Shown piece after piece: positions 30,954 through 40,092 of a DNA stretch of 64,000 nt. This DNA comes from Alphaproteobacteria bacterium (GTDB taxonomy: Bacteria > Pseudomonadota > Alphaproteobacteria > GCA-2731375). Both the position numbers and the translations under genes were made by a program. Where the stretch lies: assembly GCA_029936195.1 (NCBI GenBank), contig JAPYUH010000001.1, positions 10,741 through 74,740 of the forward strand, in the 5' to 3' direction. The stretch's first letter is position 1, and every line of letters starts with the position of its first letter. Below the pieces are notes generated by a model. That model was not told the DNA's origin, made no database searches, and saw only the letters and a program-made list of their open reading frames with translations.

Positions 30954-32015
30954 ATGGATTTCGGGGTCAGTTGCGCCAAGATTGACGAAGTCGGCTTTGT
31001 CCGGCATGCGGAAAATCTGGGCTATGACTTTTGCTGGGTAACCGACAGCCAAATGATCCGCTCCAACCCCTGGGCCGTTCTGGCGCTCATTGCGCAGCAG
31101 ACCCAGACCATTCGCATCGGCACCGGCGTCGCCGTGCCGGGCCTGCGCCTGGCGCCGGTGGCGGCGAACGGCATCGCCACCACCGCCCGCCTGGCGCCGG
31201 GGCGCACCTTCATGGGGATCGGCACCGGCAACACGGCTATGCGGACCATGGGGCAGCGGCCGACCACCATCAAGGCCTTCGGCGAATATATTCGTGTCGT
31301 CCGCGCCTTGCTGGATGGCGAGGAGGTCGACTACACCCTGAACGGCGTCACCCAGCCCATTCGATTTCAAAATACCGAACTGCGCTATCTGGATCTGGAT
31401 CACCACATTCCCATCCACGTGGCGGGTTTCGGACCCAAGGCGCAGGCCCTGGCGGGGGAATTGGGCGACGGCCTGATCACCGGCATCCCGCGCGGCGGCG
31501 CCATTCCCTGGGCGCTCGGCAATGTGAAATCCGGCGCCGACCGGGCCGGGCGCGATCTGGATGGTTTTTTCACAACGGCCCTGGTCAACATGTTGCTGTT
31601 GATGCCCGGTGAAACCTTGGAATCTGAACGGGTGGTCGCTGAATGCGGTTCTTCCATCATGGCGAACGTGCATTTCATGGTGGATTGGGTGAAGGAAACG
31701 GGGGGCGATCCGCCGGACTTCATCAAGCCGATCTGGAATGACTACATGGCGTTCCACAACGCCCGCGACGCCGAGACCCAGCATCAAAAACTGCATGAAA
31801 GCCACTACAGCTATCTCGACCCGGAGGAGGCGCGCTTTATCACGCCGGAAGTGATCCGCAATTTCTGCATCGCCGGACAGCCGGAAGAAATCGTTGATCA
31901 GTTGCTGGACCTGGAACGCCAGGGCCTGAACGCCATCAACTTCATCGCGCCCCTGGAGCAGCAATACCGCATGGCCGAGGACTTCGCGGACAAGGTCATA
32001 TCCCGCATGAAATAA
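30954..32015 (+). CDS. LLM-class (luciferase-like) flavin-dependent oxidoreductase
   Basis: Bacterial luciferase-like TIM-barrel signature. ATG at 30954 has a GGAGGAGAA SD. The track's upstream extension is rejected. Confidence 0.8.
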   Translation: MDFGVSCAKIDEVGFVRHAENLGYDFCWVTDSQMIRSNPWAVLALIAQQTQTIRIGTGVAVPGLRLAPVAANGIATTARLAPGRTFMGIGTGNTAMRTMGQRPTTIKAFGEYIRVVRALLDGEEVDYTLNGVTQPIRFQNTELRYLDLDHHIPIHVAGFGPKAQALAGELGDGLITGIPRGGAIPWALGNVKSGADRAGRDLDGFFTTALVNMLLLMPGETLESERVVAECGSSIMANVHFMVDWVKETGGDPPDFIKPIWNDYMAFHNARDAETQHQKLHESHYSYLDPEEARFITPEVIRNFCIAGQPEEIVDQLLDLERQGLNAINFIAPLEQQYRMAEDFADKVISRMK

Positions 32016-32027
32016 GGAGACCGCGCA

Positions 32028-32423
32028 ATGGCATTGACATTGGAAGAGGCCAACCGCATCGCCCAAGGCGCCCTCGCCAAGGCGGCGGCATTGAATATCA
32101 AGATCAATGTCGCGGTCTGCGACGTGGGCGGACGACTGCTGGTTTTCCAGCGCATGGACGGGGCCATGTGGGCCGGGGTTTACGGCAGTCAGGGCAAGGC
32201 CGTCGCCTCCGCGTCTTTTGGACGGCCCAGTGGTGATATGACGGAACGGGCCGGACATCCGACCTTCCGGGCCATCGTGGCCCATTCCGGCGGCGCCATG
32301 ATCATGGGCCAGGGCGCCGTGCCGGTGATCCGCGACGGCGAGGTGCTGGGCGCCTGCGGCGTTGGCGGCGGCACGGGCCAGGAGGACGAGGATTGCGCCC
32401 AGGCGGGCGTTGATCTGCTATAG
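32028..32423 (+). CDS. GlcG/HbpS-like heme-binding protein (DUF336)
   Basis: 131 aa with the DUF336 pattern (AVCDVGGRLL...GGAMIMGQGAVPV...GACGVGGG). Confidence 0.7.
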   Translation: MALTLEEANRIAQGALAKAAALNIKINVAVCDVGGRLLVFQRMDGAMWAGVYGSQGKAVASASFGRPSGDMTERAGHPTFRAIVAHSGGAMIMGQGAVPVIRDGEVLGACGVGGGTGQEDEDCAQAGVDLL

Positions 32424-32435
32424 GGGCGACGGCAT

Positions 32436-33221
32436 ATGGCCATTGTCAAGAATGCCGTCATGGAGCGACTGGGCGCCGGCAAGATCGCGGCCAGTTTTAA
32501 TGTCAGCCGCCTGCGCACCGTGGAAATTCCCCAAATCGCCAAGGCCTGCGGTTTTCATTGGATCTTCATCGATCTAGAGCATTCCACCATGGACCTGGAC
32601 ATGGCCGGCCAAATCTGTGCCGCCGCCTTGCCCACGGCCGTTACGCCCATCGTTCGCGTGCCCGAGGGGGATGTGAACCGGGCCGCCCGCATCCTGGACG
32701 CCGGCGCCCAGGGCGTTATCTTCCCCCATGTGCAAAACGCGGTTGAGGCGCGCGCTTTCACCGCTGCCTGCCGCTTTCCCCCCATCGGTACGCGCTCGCT
32801 GATCTATGGCGGACCGCAGCTTGAATATGAAAACCTGCCCCCCGGCGAGGTCATGGCCGGGATCAACGGCGAAACTCTTGTGGTCATGATGATTGAAACG
32901 CCCGAGGCCGTGGCCAACGCCGCTGAAATTGCGGCCGTGGACGGCGTCGATCTGCTGTTGGTGGGCGGCTCGGACCTGTCGGCGACCATGGGTATTGCCG
33001 GGCAGTTCAGCCATCCCGATTTCCTTGCCGCCATCGACACGGTGATCGCGGCCGCCAAGGGCGCGGGCAAATGGCCTGGTCTGGGCGGGATCTATGACGA
33101 GGCGATCCTGCCGGACTTTGCCGATCGCGGCATGCGCTTTTTCCTGGGCGGGGCGGATATGTCGTTCATCCTGGCGGGCGGCAAATCCCGCGGCGCCTTT
33201 TTCAATGGGTTGTCGGTTTGA
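32436..33221 (+). CDS. HpcH/HpaI-family class II (2-keto-3-deoxy-acid/pyruvate) aldolase
   Basis: Family pattern G..W...IDLEH...R.E (CGFHWIFIDLEHS...VRVPEG), comparable to RhmA/HpaI. Confidence 0.8.
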   Translation: MAIVKNAVMERLGAGKIAASFNVSRLRTVEIPQIAKACGFHWIFIDLEHSTMDLDMAGQICAAALPTAVTPIVRVPEGDVNRAARILDAGAQGVIFPHVQNAVEARAFTAACRFPPIGTRSLIYGGPQLEYENLPPGEVMAGINGETLVVMMIETPEAVANAAEIAAVDGVDLLLVGGSDLSATMGIAGQFSHPDFLAAIDTVIAAAKGAGKWPGLGGIYDEAILPDFADRGMRFFLGGADMSFILAGGKSRGAFFNGLSV

Positions 33222-33328
33222 CGTCAAACCCATTCCCAAACAGCCTGGTTTTGGCTACCATTTAGATCCTACCTCAATCTGGCCGCTTGGATTATCGCGG
33301 CCCCCGCCACGCATCAACAGGACCGATC

Positions 33329-35608
33329 ATGCCCGCAATTCTGGATGGGATTACCATCCTCGACCTCAGTACAGGCCCCGCCGCCGCCCTTGCCACCATG
33401 TTGTTGGGCGATCAAGGCGCGCGCGTCATCCGCCTTGTCGAGCCCGACGCGCCTGTTTTTCGGGACGGCGGCTTTGTCATTTGGGATCGCGGCAAGGAAC
33501 GCATGGCACTGGATATTGAGCAAGACAATGGCCAATTCCATGCCTTGGTCGCGGGCGCCGATGTTTTGGTGGAGGATTTCGCGCCAAGCTCGGCCCGCCA
33601 GGAATTGGTCAAAGCTGAAACGTTGGCCCGGATCAATTCCCGCTTGACCGCCTGTTCCCTGACCGCCTATGGCAAGCGCGGCGCGCTGAAGGATGAACCG
33701 CCGATCGAGGATCTGGTGCTGGCCCGCATGGGTGTTTTGGGCGGCATGCCGGGCTTCCGCCCGCCGCCCGTGCATGTGGTCCATCCCCTGCCCACCGTGG
33801 GCGCCGCCATACTGGCCTGCCTGGGCATTGCCGCCGCCTTGCTGGCCCGCGAAGGGACCGGGCGCGGACGCACGGTGGAGACTTCGTTGATGGCCGGCGC
33901 CTTGTTGTATCACCCCAAGGTCATTGGCGAGAATTTGGACGCGCATGTCTTTCAGACCCACCCATCTGGCAGCGCGCCTTTTTACAGTGTCTATGAATGC
34001 GGCGACGGCAACTGGGTGCAATTGGGTTGCGTGCATGTGCGCTTCATCGCCATCGCCGCCAACCTCATGGGCATCGGCGATCTGGTGGCCGAGCCGCGCT
34101 TCAATGGCGGCGGCGGAGGCATGACGGCCGGGGACGAGGCGGAATTGCGCGCCGTTCTTACCCGCGTGGTTGCCACGAAGCCCCTGGCGGAATGGGCCGA
34201 GGCGTTCGAGGCGGCGGATGTGCCCTTCGCGCCCGTGCGCCCGACCGAGGACGGCATGACCGATCCTCAGGTCATCCATAACGACATGGTGGTCACCCTG
34301 GATGATCCCGAACGTGGGCCCGTGACGCAAATGGGCGTGCCGCTTGGGTTTAGCCAAACGCCCGGCGCCGTTCAGGGGCCGAGGGCGGGCGGGAATTCCG
34401 AGATTACCCTTGATGCCATTCAGGCGGGCACTGCCGTCGCGGGCGCGATGGATCCGCCGCCCCTGGCCGGCATCCGCATTCTGGAAATCACCAACCTGAT
34501 CGCCGGCCCCACGGGCGGGCGCCTGCTGGCCGATCTGGGCGCCGATGTGATCAAGCTGGAACCGCACACGGGCGATCTGTCCCGGCCCATCGGGCGGTCA
34601 TATTTCTATAATCTGAATTTCAACAAACGCTCGGTCTCCGTCGATACCAGCACGGACAAGGGGCGGGAAGTGGTGCAGCGCATCGCCGCCCGGTCGGACG
34701 CCCTGATGGCGAACCTGCGTCCCGGCGCCACGGCCCGCATGGGTATCGGGCCGGAGAACCATCCCCAACTGATCGAAACCCACCTGACCGGCTATGGCCC
34801 CACCGGGCCTTACGCCAAACGCCCCGGCATTGACCCCCTGGCCCAGGCCCTCATGGGCATGTCCCGGGCCCAGGGCGGCTTGGACAATCCACCCGTGTTC
34901 CCGGCCCAACTGGCGCCCACCGATTTCACCACGGGCGCCATGGGTGCCTTTGGCACCGTATTGGCAATCTATGCCCGGACCCGTCACGGCATTGTGCAAC
35001 GGGTTGACAGCAACCTGCTGAATGGCGCGGTGCTGCTGTCGTCGGCCTGGTTTTCGGCCTATGAAGGGCGGCCCGTCAGGCCCTTGGCGGACACGGACCA
35101 ATATGGCCTGAACCCCTACCATCGGCTCTATCGTCTGAATGACGGCTGGATCTATGTCACCGCCGGGAATGCGGAACACCGCAATGCCATCTGTCAGGTC
35201 TCGGGCGTTGCCGCCGGGGGCAGCGCGGAAGGCCGCCACCCCAACCTATCCCCGCTGGCCCAATCCCTCGCCGAGGGGTTCGCCGGCCGGGGATTGGCCG
35301 ATACCCTTGCCGCGTTGCGAAAGGCCGGCGTGCCGGTGGCCGAGGCGCAAAAGGGTGGCAGCGAGCTGTTCCTCGACCACCCGCATACCCAGGAGAACGA
35401 TATGGTGGCGACCCTGAGCCACCCCATTGCGGGCCGGTTGCGGGTGGCCCATCGCTACATTCAATTCGGCAATACCGAACCGGCCAATCACCTTCCCACG
35501 CCGCTGTTGGGCGAGCAGACCGACGAGGCCCTGCGCGAGGCCGGATATAACGAAGATGAGATCCGCGCCCTGCATGATGACGGCATTGTCCTGACCGAAA
35601 CGGCGTAA
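33329..35608 (+). CDS. Tandem-fused family III CoA-transferase (two CaiB/BaiF domains in one 759-aa polypeptide)
   Basis: The N-terminal half (ILDLSTGPAAALATMLLGDQGARVIRLVEP) and the C-terminal half (ILEITNLIAGPTGGRLLADLGADVIKLEPH) each carry the family III CoA-transferase N-terminal signature. ATG at 33329. Confidence 0.8.
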   Translation: MPAILDGITILDLSTGPAAALATMLLGDQGARVIRLVEPDAPVFRDGGFVIWDRGKERMALDIEQDNGQFHALVAGADVLVEDFAPSSARQELVKAETLARINSRLTACSLTAYGKRGALKDEPPIEDLVLARMGVLGGMPGFRPPPVHVVHPLPTVGAAILACLGIAAALLAREGTGRGRTVETSLMAGALLYHPKVIGENLDAHVFQTHPSGSAPFYSVYECGDGNWVQLGCVHVRFIAIAANLMGIGDLVAEPRFNGGGGGMTAGDEAELRAVLTRVVATKPLAEWAEAFEAADVPFAPVRPTEDGMTDPQVIHNDMVVTLDDPERGPVTQMGVPLGFSQTPGAVQGPRAGGNSEITLDAIQAGTAVAGAMDPPPLAGIRILEITNLIAGPTGGRLLADLGADVIKLEPHTGDLSRPIGRSYFYNLNFNKRSVSVDTSTDKGREVVQRIAARSDALMANLRPGATARMGIGPENHPQLIETHLTGYGPTGPYAKRPGIDPLAQALMGMSRAQGGLDNPPVFPAQLAPTDFTTGAMGAFGTVLAIYARTRHGIVQRVDSNLLNGAVLLSSAWFSAYEGRPVRPLADTDQYGLNPYHRLYRLNDGWIYVTAGNAEHRNAICQVSGVAAGGSAEGRHPNLSPLAQSLAEGFAGRGLADTLAALRKAGVPVAEAQKGGSELFLDHPHTQENDMVATLSHPIAGRLRVAHRYIQFGNTEPANHLPTPLLGEQTDEALREAGYNEDEIRALHDDGIVLTETA

Positions 35609-35767
35609 ACGAAATCTCCAGCGGCCGCCTTTGTTGCGGTCGCTTCCAGGGTCATAGCGGAAATGGCCTCCGCGCCGTTTGATGTTCGAGATGCGCGAGG
35701 AGCGAGCATGGAGCGCCCGCAACAATCACGCATGGATTAGCTGAACACCTGCCGGTACACTCTCGCC

Positions 35768-36541
35768 ATGTCCGAAAGAACAAAACGCAGGCTAACGACT
35801 ATCGTGGCCGCAGACATCGCCGGTTTTTCACGCTTGGTTGGGAACGACGAAGAAGCCACTCTTGCGGCCCAACGTGGCCATCGTACCAAACTAATTGAAC
35901 CACTGCTTGCCGAACACCAAGGCCGGATCGCCAATACAGCCGATGATAGCTTCCTGTTTGAATTTCAGAGCGCGGTAGAGGCGGTGCGTTGTTCGATTGC
36001 CGTGCAGGATGGTATGGCCGAGAGAAACCTTGGCGTCGCCTCTGATCGACGCATAGAGTACCGCATTGGCGTCAACGTTGGTGACGTGGTGCCCGATGGC
36101 GATGACCTATTGGGCGACGGCGTCAACATTGCGGCGCGTCTCGAAAGCCTTTGTTCGCCAGGCGGCATTATTCTGTCCGATGACGCCTATAGGCAGGTGC
36201 GTGACCGCCTTGAGATTACTTGGGAGGATGGCGGCGAGCACAAGGTCAAAAACATCTTACGGCCAGTGCAGGTTTGGCGGTGGTCAACAGTAAATTCACA
36301 AAAAACCGCCGTAGTAGAAATCACGGATCATGATGCGCGACCGCTACACGATAAGCCTTCTATTGCCGTCCTGCCATTCGACAACATGTCCGGCGACCCG
36401 GAGCAAGAATATTTCTCAGACGGTATTGCCGAAGATATTATCACTGACCTTTCCAGATTTTCCATGGCAAGTAAGCCTGCATCAATTTCGAGTTGCCGAA
36501 TGTCCCAAATGGGTCGAGAGCAGCTAGTAGGAAATCACTGA
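35768..36541 (+). CDS. Class III adenylate/guanylate cyclase catalytic-domain protein, C-terminally truncated relative to its family (possible gene remnant)
   Basis: CHD cyclase domain (TIVAADIAGFSRL...GDGVNIAARLES). The ORF stops 18 aa after the conserved linker motif (SIAVLPFDNMSGDPEQEYFSDGIAEDIITDLSRF) that in homologs precedes a long TPR region. GC3 is lower than in neighbouring genes. Confidence 0.6.
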   Translation: MSERTKRRLTTIVAADIAGFSRLVGNDEEATLAAQRGHRTKLIEPLLAEHQGRIANTADDSFLFEFQSAVEAVRCSIAVQDGMAERNLGVASDRRIEYRIGVNVGDVVPDGDDLLGDGVNIAARLESLCSPGGIILSDDAYRQVRDRLEITWEDGGEHKVKNILRPVQVWRWSTVNSQKTAVVEITDHDARPLHDKPSIAVLPFDNMSGDPEQEYFSDGIAEDIITDLSRFSMASKPASISSCRMSQMGREQLVGNH

Positions 36542-36600
36542 TATCATGCTCGAGGCTGGGGGCATGGCCGACATCGACCATCACTGCTCTGGCGGCTTGC

Positions 36601-38457
36601 TTAGTGAATATTGAACTGCAGCGCGGCCAATCGGGCGTAGAGGCCGTTTTGTTCCACCAGTTCGTCGTGGCGGCCCATTTCGATCACCGTGCCGTTTTCC
36701 ATCACCACGATCCGGTCGGCTTTCAACACCGTGGCCAGTCGATGGGCGATGACGATGGTCGTGCGGTCGGCCATCAGGCTTTCCAGGGCATCCTGCACGG
36801 CGCGTTCGGACTCCGCGTCCAGGGACGATGTTGCCTCGTCCAGCAACAGGACCGGCGGGTTGGCCAGGATCGCCCGGGCGATGGACAGACGCTGACGCTG
36901 GCCGCCCGACAGGCGCACGCCCTTCTGGCCCAGAAAGCTGTCGTATTTTTCCGGCAAGGCGTCGATAAAATCGGCGGCATGGGCAGCCTCGGCGGCGGCG
37001 CGCAAGTCCGCCTCGCTGGCGTCGGGCCGGCTGTAGAGAATGTTTTCCCGTGTATTGGCGGCAAAGATAACCGGGTCCTGGGGCACCAGGGAAATGCGGC
37101 CGCGGGCCTCGGCCGGGTCGGCCTGGCGCAGATCGACGCCGTCCAAGGAAACCGTGCCGGCCTGGGGGTCATAAAACCGCAGCAATAACTGAAAGACCGT
37201 GGTCTTGCCCGCCCCCGACGGCCCCACGAGGGCGACGGTTTCGCCGGGCGCGACCTCCAGATCAAAGTTTTTCAGGGCCGGCAGATCGGGCCGCGAGGGG
37301 TATTCAAAGGTCACGTCGCGGAAACTGATGGCGCAACTGCTCAAGCTGGGCAGCGGCGTCGTCGGGTCGGCCACCTCGATGCTGGGTTGCACCGCCAACA
37401 GCTCCATCAGGCGTTCGGCGGCACCGGCGGCGCGCTGCAGCTCGCCATACACTTCCGCCAAGGCGCCCACGGCGCCGGCTACGAGGATGGCGTAGAAGAC
37501 AAACGCGGCGAGCTGCCCGCCGCTCATCTCTCCCGCGATCACGTCCTTGGCGCCGATCCAGACCACCAGATCAATGGCGCCAAAGATCAATAGCATGACC
37601 AGGGCGGTCAGCCATGCCCGCGCCCTGGTCCGCCGCACGGCAACGGCAAAAGCCTCGTCGGTGACCTTGCCGAATTTCAGCCGGTCGATGGCCTCATGGC
37701 AAAAGGCCTGCACCACCTGGATGGCGCTCAGACTTTCCTCGGCATAGCTGGAAATATCGGCAATGCGATCCTGGCTGTCACGGGACAGCCGCCGCACCTT
37801 CCTGCCGAAAATCAAAATCGGCAGAATAACCACCGGCAACAGGGCGAAGACCAAACCAGTCAGCTTGGCGGAGGAAATGACCAGCAGCACGCTGCCGCCC
37901 ATGAACATCAAGATATTGCGCAGGGCAATGGAGGCGGTGGATCCCACCACGGTCTGGATCAACGTGGTGTCGGCGGTCAGGCGCGAGAGCACCTCGCCGG
38001 TGCGCATGGTTTCGAAGAACGCCGGGCTCAATCCGATGACGTGGCTATATACCGCGCCGCGAATGTCGGCGATGATCCGTTCCCCCAGCCAGGTCACCAG
38101 GTAATACCGGGCAAAGGTTGCGGCGGCCAATACGCAGACAATACCGAGCAGAGCCAGAAAATATTGATCGATCAGGATCTGATCCTGGCCAAAGCCATGA
38201 TCGATGACCCGGCGGATGGCCTGGCCAATGGCCAGCACGGATCCGGCCGATATGATCAAGGCGATGCCGGCGGCCACGGCGGACCATTTATAGGGGGCCA
38301 GATAGGGCAGGATACGGCGCAGGCCGGCGACGCTCTTGCGTTCCTCCCGTTCCCGATCAGGGACTTTATTTCGCAATCTGTATCGCCCTTTTCCTGCCCT
38401 GGCGGCCGCACCGACATTTCGCTGGGGTATAACAATTGTACCCCGACCACACAACAT
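36601..38457 (-). CDS. Fused ABC exporter permease/ATP-binding protein (MsbA/ABCB type)
   Basis: Six-TM domain followed by an NBD ([34 protein letters not shown]). Start uncertain: ATG 38457, or an internal TTG at 38373 with an AGGAAAAGGG SD. Confidence 0.8.
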   Translation of the reverse strand: MLCGRGTIVIPQRNVGAAARAGKGRYRLRNKVPDREREERKSVAGLRRILPYLAPYKWSAVAAGIALIISAGSVLAIGQAIRRVIDHGFGQDQILIDQYFLALLGIVCVLAAATFARYYLVTWLGERIIADIRGAVYSHVIGLSPAFFETMRTGEVLSRLTADTTLIQTVVGSTASIALRNILMFMGGSVLLVISSAKLTGLVFALLPVVILPILIFGRKVRRLSRDSQDRIADISSYAEESLSAIQVVQAFCHEAIDRLKFGKVTDEAFAVAVRRTRARAWLTALVMLLIFGAIDLVVWIGAKDVIAGEMSGGQLAAFVFYAILVAGAVGALAEVYGELQRAAGAAERLMELLAVQPSIEVADPTTPLPSLSSCAISFRDVTFEYPSRPDLPALKNFDLEVAPGETVALVGPSGAGKTTVFQLLLRFYDPQAGTVSLDGVDLRQADPAEARGRISLVPQDPVIFAANTRENILYSRPDASEADLRAAAEAAHAADFIDALPEKYDSFLGQKGVRLSGGQRQRLSIARAILANPPVLLLDEATSSLDAESERAVQDALESLMADRTTIVIAHRLATVLKADRIVVMENGTVIEMGRHDELVEQNGLYARLAALQFNIH

Positions 38458-38518
38458 AGCGCCTTGCGCATGGCCTCGGCTTTGGTTATACACCCATCGC
38501 AGTTTACGGAGCAGCCGA

Positions 38519-38740
38519 ATGAAAAAAGATATCCACCCCGATTACCATGAGATCACCGTGGTTCTGACCGATGGGCAGACCTTTACCACCCGCTCGACCT
38601 ATGGCGAGGCGGGCGGAGAATTGAAACTGGATATCGATCCTTCCACCCATCCGGCCTGGACCGGCGGGCCCACGCGGGTGCTGGATACTGGCCGGGTGGC
38701 CAAGTTCCGTAATAAGTTCAAGGGTTTCGGCCTGGACTAG
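38519..38740 (+). CDS. rpmE: 50S ribosomal protein L31 (Cys-free form)
   Basis: [29 protein letters not shown]...HPAWTGG is the L31 signature. GGAG SD. No CxxC motifs. Confidence 0.9.
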   Translation: MKKDIHPDYHEITVVLTDGQTFTTRSTYGEAGGELKLDIDPSTHPAWTGGPTRVLDTGRVAKFRNKFKGFGLD

Positions 38741-38781
38741 ACGGTCGGTCAGTTTGACTTGGTTTGAGCCCGCGAAATAAA

Positions 38782-39213
38782 TTAGACCGCTTCGTTGGCG
38801 ACCATGCTGTCCAGGCGGGCAATGCGCCGGTAGAGGCGTTCACTGCGCCGTAGTAGATCACAGAGATAGGGCGGCAAGAGTTCGGGATCCAGCTCGCTCT
38901 CGTCCAGGCAAACCGTCGCCCCGCCAAGACGCCAATTGTCTTCACGTACTTCTTCCCGGCTCAATTCGCCTTGATGCACGGCCCGTTGGACCAACAGCCA
39001 GGCCATCATATTTGTCAGGCGGGAAGTCAGGCGCATGGTCTCGACCGAAAAATGCGCGGCGATCTCAAGGGCTAAATCCTGCGAATCCTCTTCGCCATAG
39101 TCGCGCAAATAGTCACGCGCCTCACGCGTCAGCGCCAAGGCTTCGTCAAAGGTCCGGCCAAAAAAGGCAGCCGGGGCCACAACCGTCGCGGAACTCTTGT
39201 CCTTACTATCCAT
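38782..39213 (-). CDS. DUF1465-family protein (RcdA-like)
   Basis: Alphaproteobacteria-restricted DUF1465 pattern (FDEALALTREARDYL...MMAWLLVQRAV). Start ambiguous: ATG 39213 or the upstream TTG 39249. Confidence 0.55.
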   Translation of the reverse strand: MDSKDKSSATVVAPAAFFGRTFDEALALTREARDYLRDYGEEDSQDLALEIAAHFSVETMRLTSRLTNMMAWLLVQRAVHQGELSREEVREDNWRLGGATVCLDESELDPELLPPYLCDLLRRSERLYRRIARLDSMVANEAV

Positions 39214-39407
39214 CAGGTCAGTATGGCCCGAAAGGATTAACAAATACAAATACGCCGCACCGATCGACGGCCTTGATTTTGTTTTTGGACTTCCTACATC
39301 AGGGTAGTCCGGATGCCCAACGCGGGTCCGGATTTACACGCGGACCTGGCCAATACCGGCGGGTCTCAGGAACCGAAGATATTGCTTCGAAAGGAGGGTA
39401 TCGCGCC

Positions 39408-39836
39408 ATGCGTAGATACGATTTAGCACCATTGTTACGTTCATCCATCGGCTTCGACCGTTTTGACCAGCTGTTTGATGCAGCCAGGCAAAGCGATGGA
39501 GCCGCCAGCCCCTATCCCCCCTATAACATCGAAAAACGGGACGACAACTACCGTATTTCCCTTGCAGTGGCCGGCTTCAGCGAAGCCGATGTCGAGATCA
39601 CCGTGAAGGAAAATTTCCTGGTGGTCGAAGGCAAGACCAAGGCCGATCACGAAGGCCTCACCTACCTGCATCATGGCATCGCGGGACGGGGGTTTGAGCG
39701 GCGCTTTCAGTTGGCCGACAATGTTCAGGTCACCGGCGCCCAACTGGAAAACGGCCTTCTTCACATCGAATTGGAGCGCCACACGCCGGAGCATTTGAAA
39801 CCACGGCGGATCGAAATCCAAAAGATCGCCGCTTAG
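39408..39836 (+). CDS. Hsp20/alpha-crystallin family small heat-shock protein
   Basis: IbpA-like sequence (PYNIEKRDDNYRISLAVAGF...LHIEL). AGGAGGG SD upstream. Confidence 0.85.
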   Translation: MRRYDLAPLLRSSIGFDRFDQLFDAARQSDGAASPYPPYNIEKRDDNYRISLAVAGFSEADVEITVKENFLVVEGKTKADHEGLTYLHHGIAGRGFERRFQLADNVQVTGAQLENGLLHIELERHTPEHLKPRRIEIQKIAA

Positions 39837-39895
39837 ATCAAACAGCAAAAAATTGAAATCAATTTTCGGCTGAGAAATTGAACTAATTCAATGCG

Positions 39896-39939
39896 TTAGC
39901 GCAACCGATCTGCGTTCGAAAGAAAGCAGATTGCGCTAA
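39896..39939. repeat. Nested inverted repeat (TTAGCGCAA...ATCTGC-N12-GCAGAT-TGCGCTAA) downstream of hsp20
   Basis: Seen in sequence. Forms a long imperfect hairpin upstream of the canonical terminator. Confidence 0.45.
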
Positions 39940-39967
39940 GTCGCACACAGCCAACTACTGGCAGCTA

Positions 39968-40004
39968 CCGGGCCCGTCATCTCGCGATGGCGGGCCCTTT
40001 TTGC
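39968..40004 (+). terminator. Rho-independent terminator downstream of hsp20
   Basis: GGGCCCG-N12-CGGGCCC stem followed by TTTTT. Confidence 0.6.
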
Positions 40005-40025
40005 GCCCTTTACATTGTGTTAATA

Positions 40026-40069
40026 ATCTATATATATAAAAATATCTTTATGTAGAGAATTATATAGAT
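40026..40069. promoter_or_regulatory. AT-rich 9-bp perfect inverted repeat (ATCTATATA-N26-TATATAGAT) in the sahR-metF-metH promoter region; candidate operator
   Basis: A perfect palindrome in an ~80% AT stretch immediately upstream of the ArsR-type regulator gene. ArsR/SmtB regulators typically autoregulate through AT-rich palindromes. Confidence 0.4.
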
Positions 40070-40092
40070 CGCGGCGGGCTTGGAAATTGGGC

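Noticed and set aside
33314-34567. 417-aa antisense ORF inside the CoA-transferase gene. Similar antisense ORFs lie at 43580..45382 (metH), 51474..53762 (hydantoinase), 55557..57152 (FMO), 57946..58989 (BenE-like), 59944..61116, 40225..41178, 30870..32285, 18173..19150, 16746..17834, 15152..16036, 25494..26540 and 37696..38550.
   Set aside because: All lie opposite well-supported genes, lack RBS or motif support, and have biased low-complexity composition. They are GC-rich open-frame artefacts.
38519-38740. Cys-free L31 as a zinc-independent (Zur-regulated) paralog
   Set aside because: Alphaproteobacterial primary L31 commonly lacks the CxxC pairs, so without the rest of the genome this cannot be called a paralog switch.
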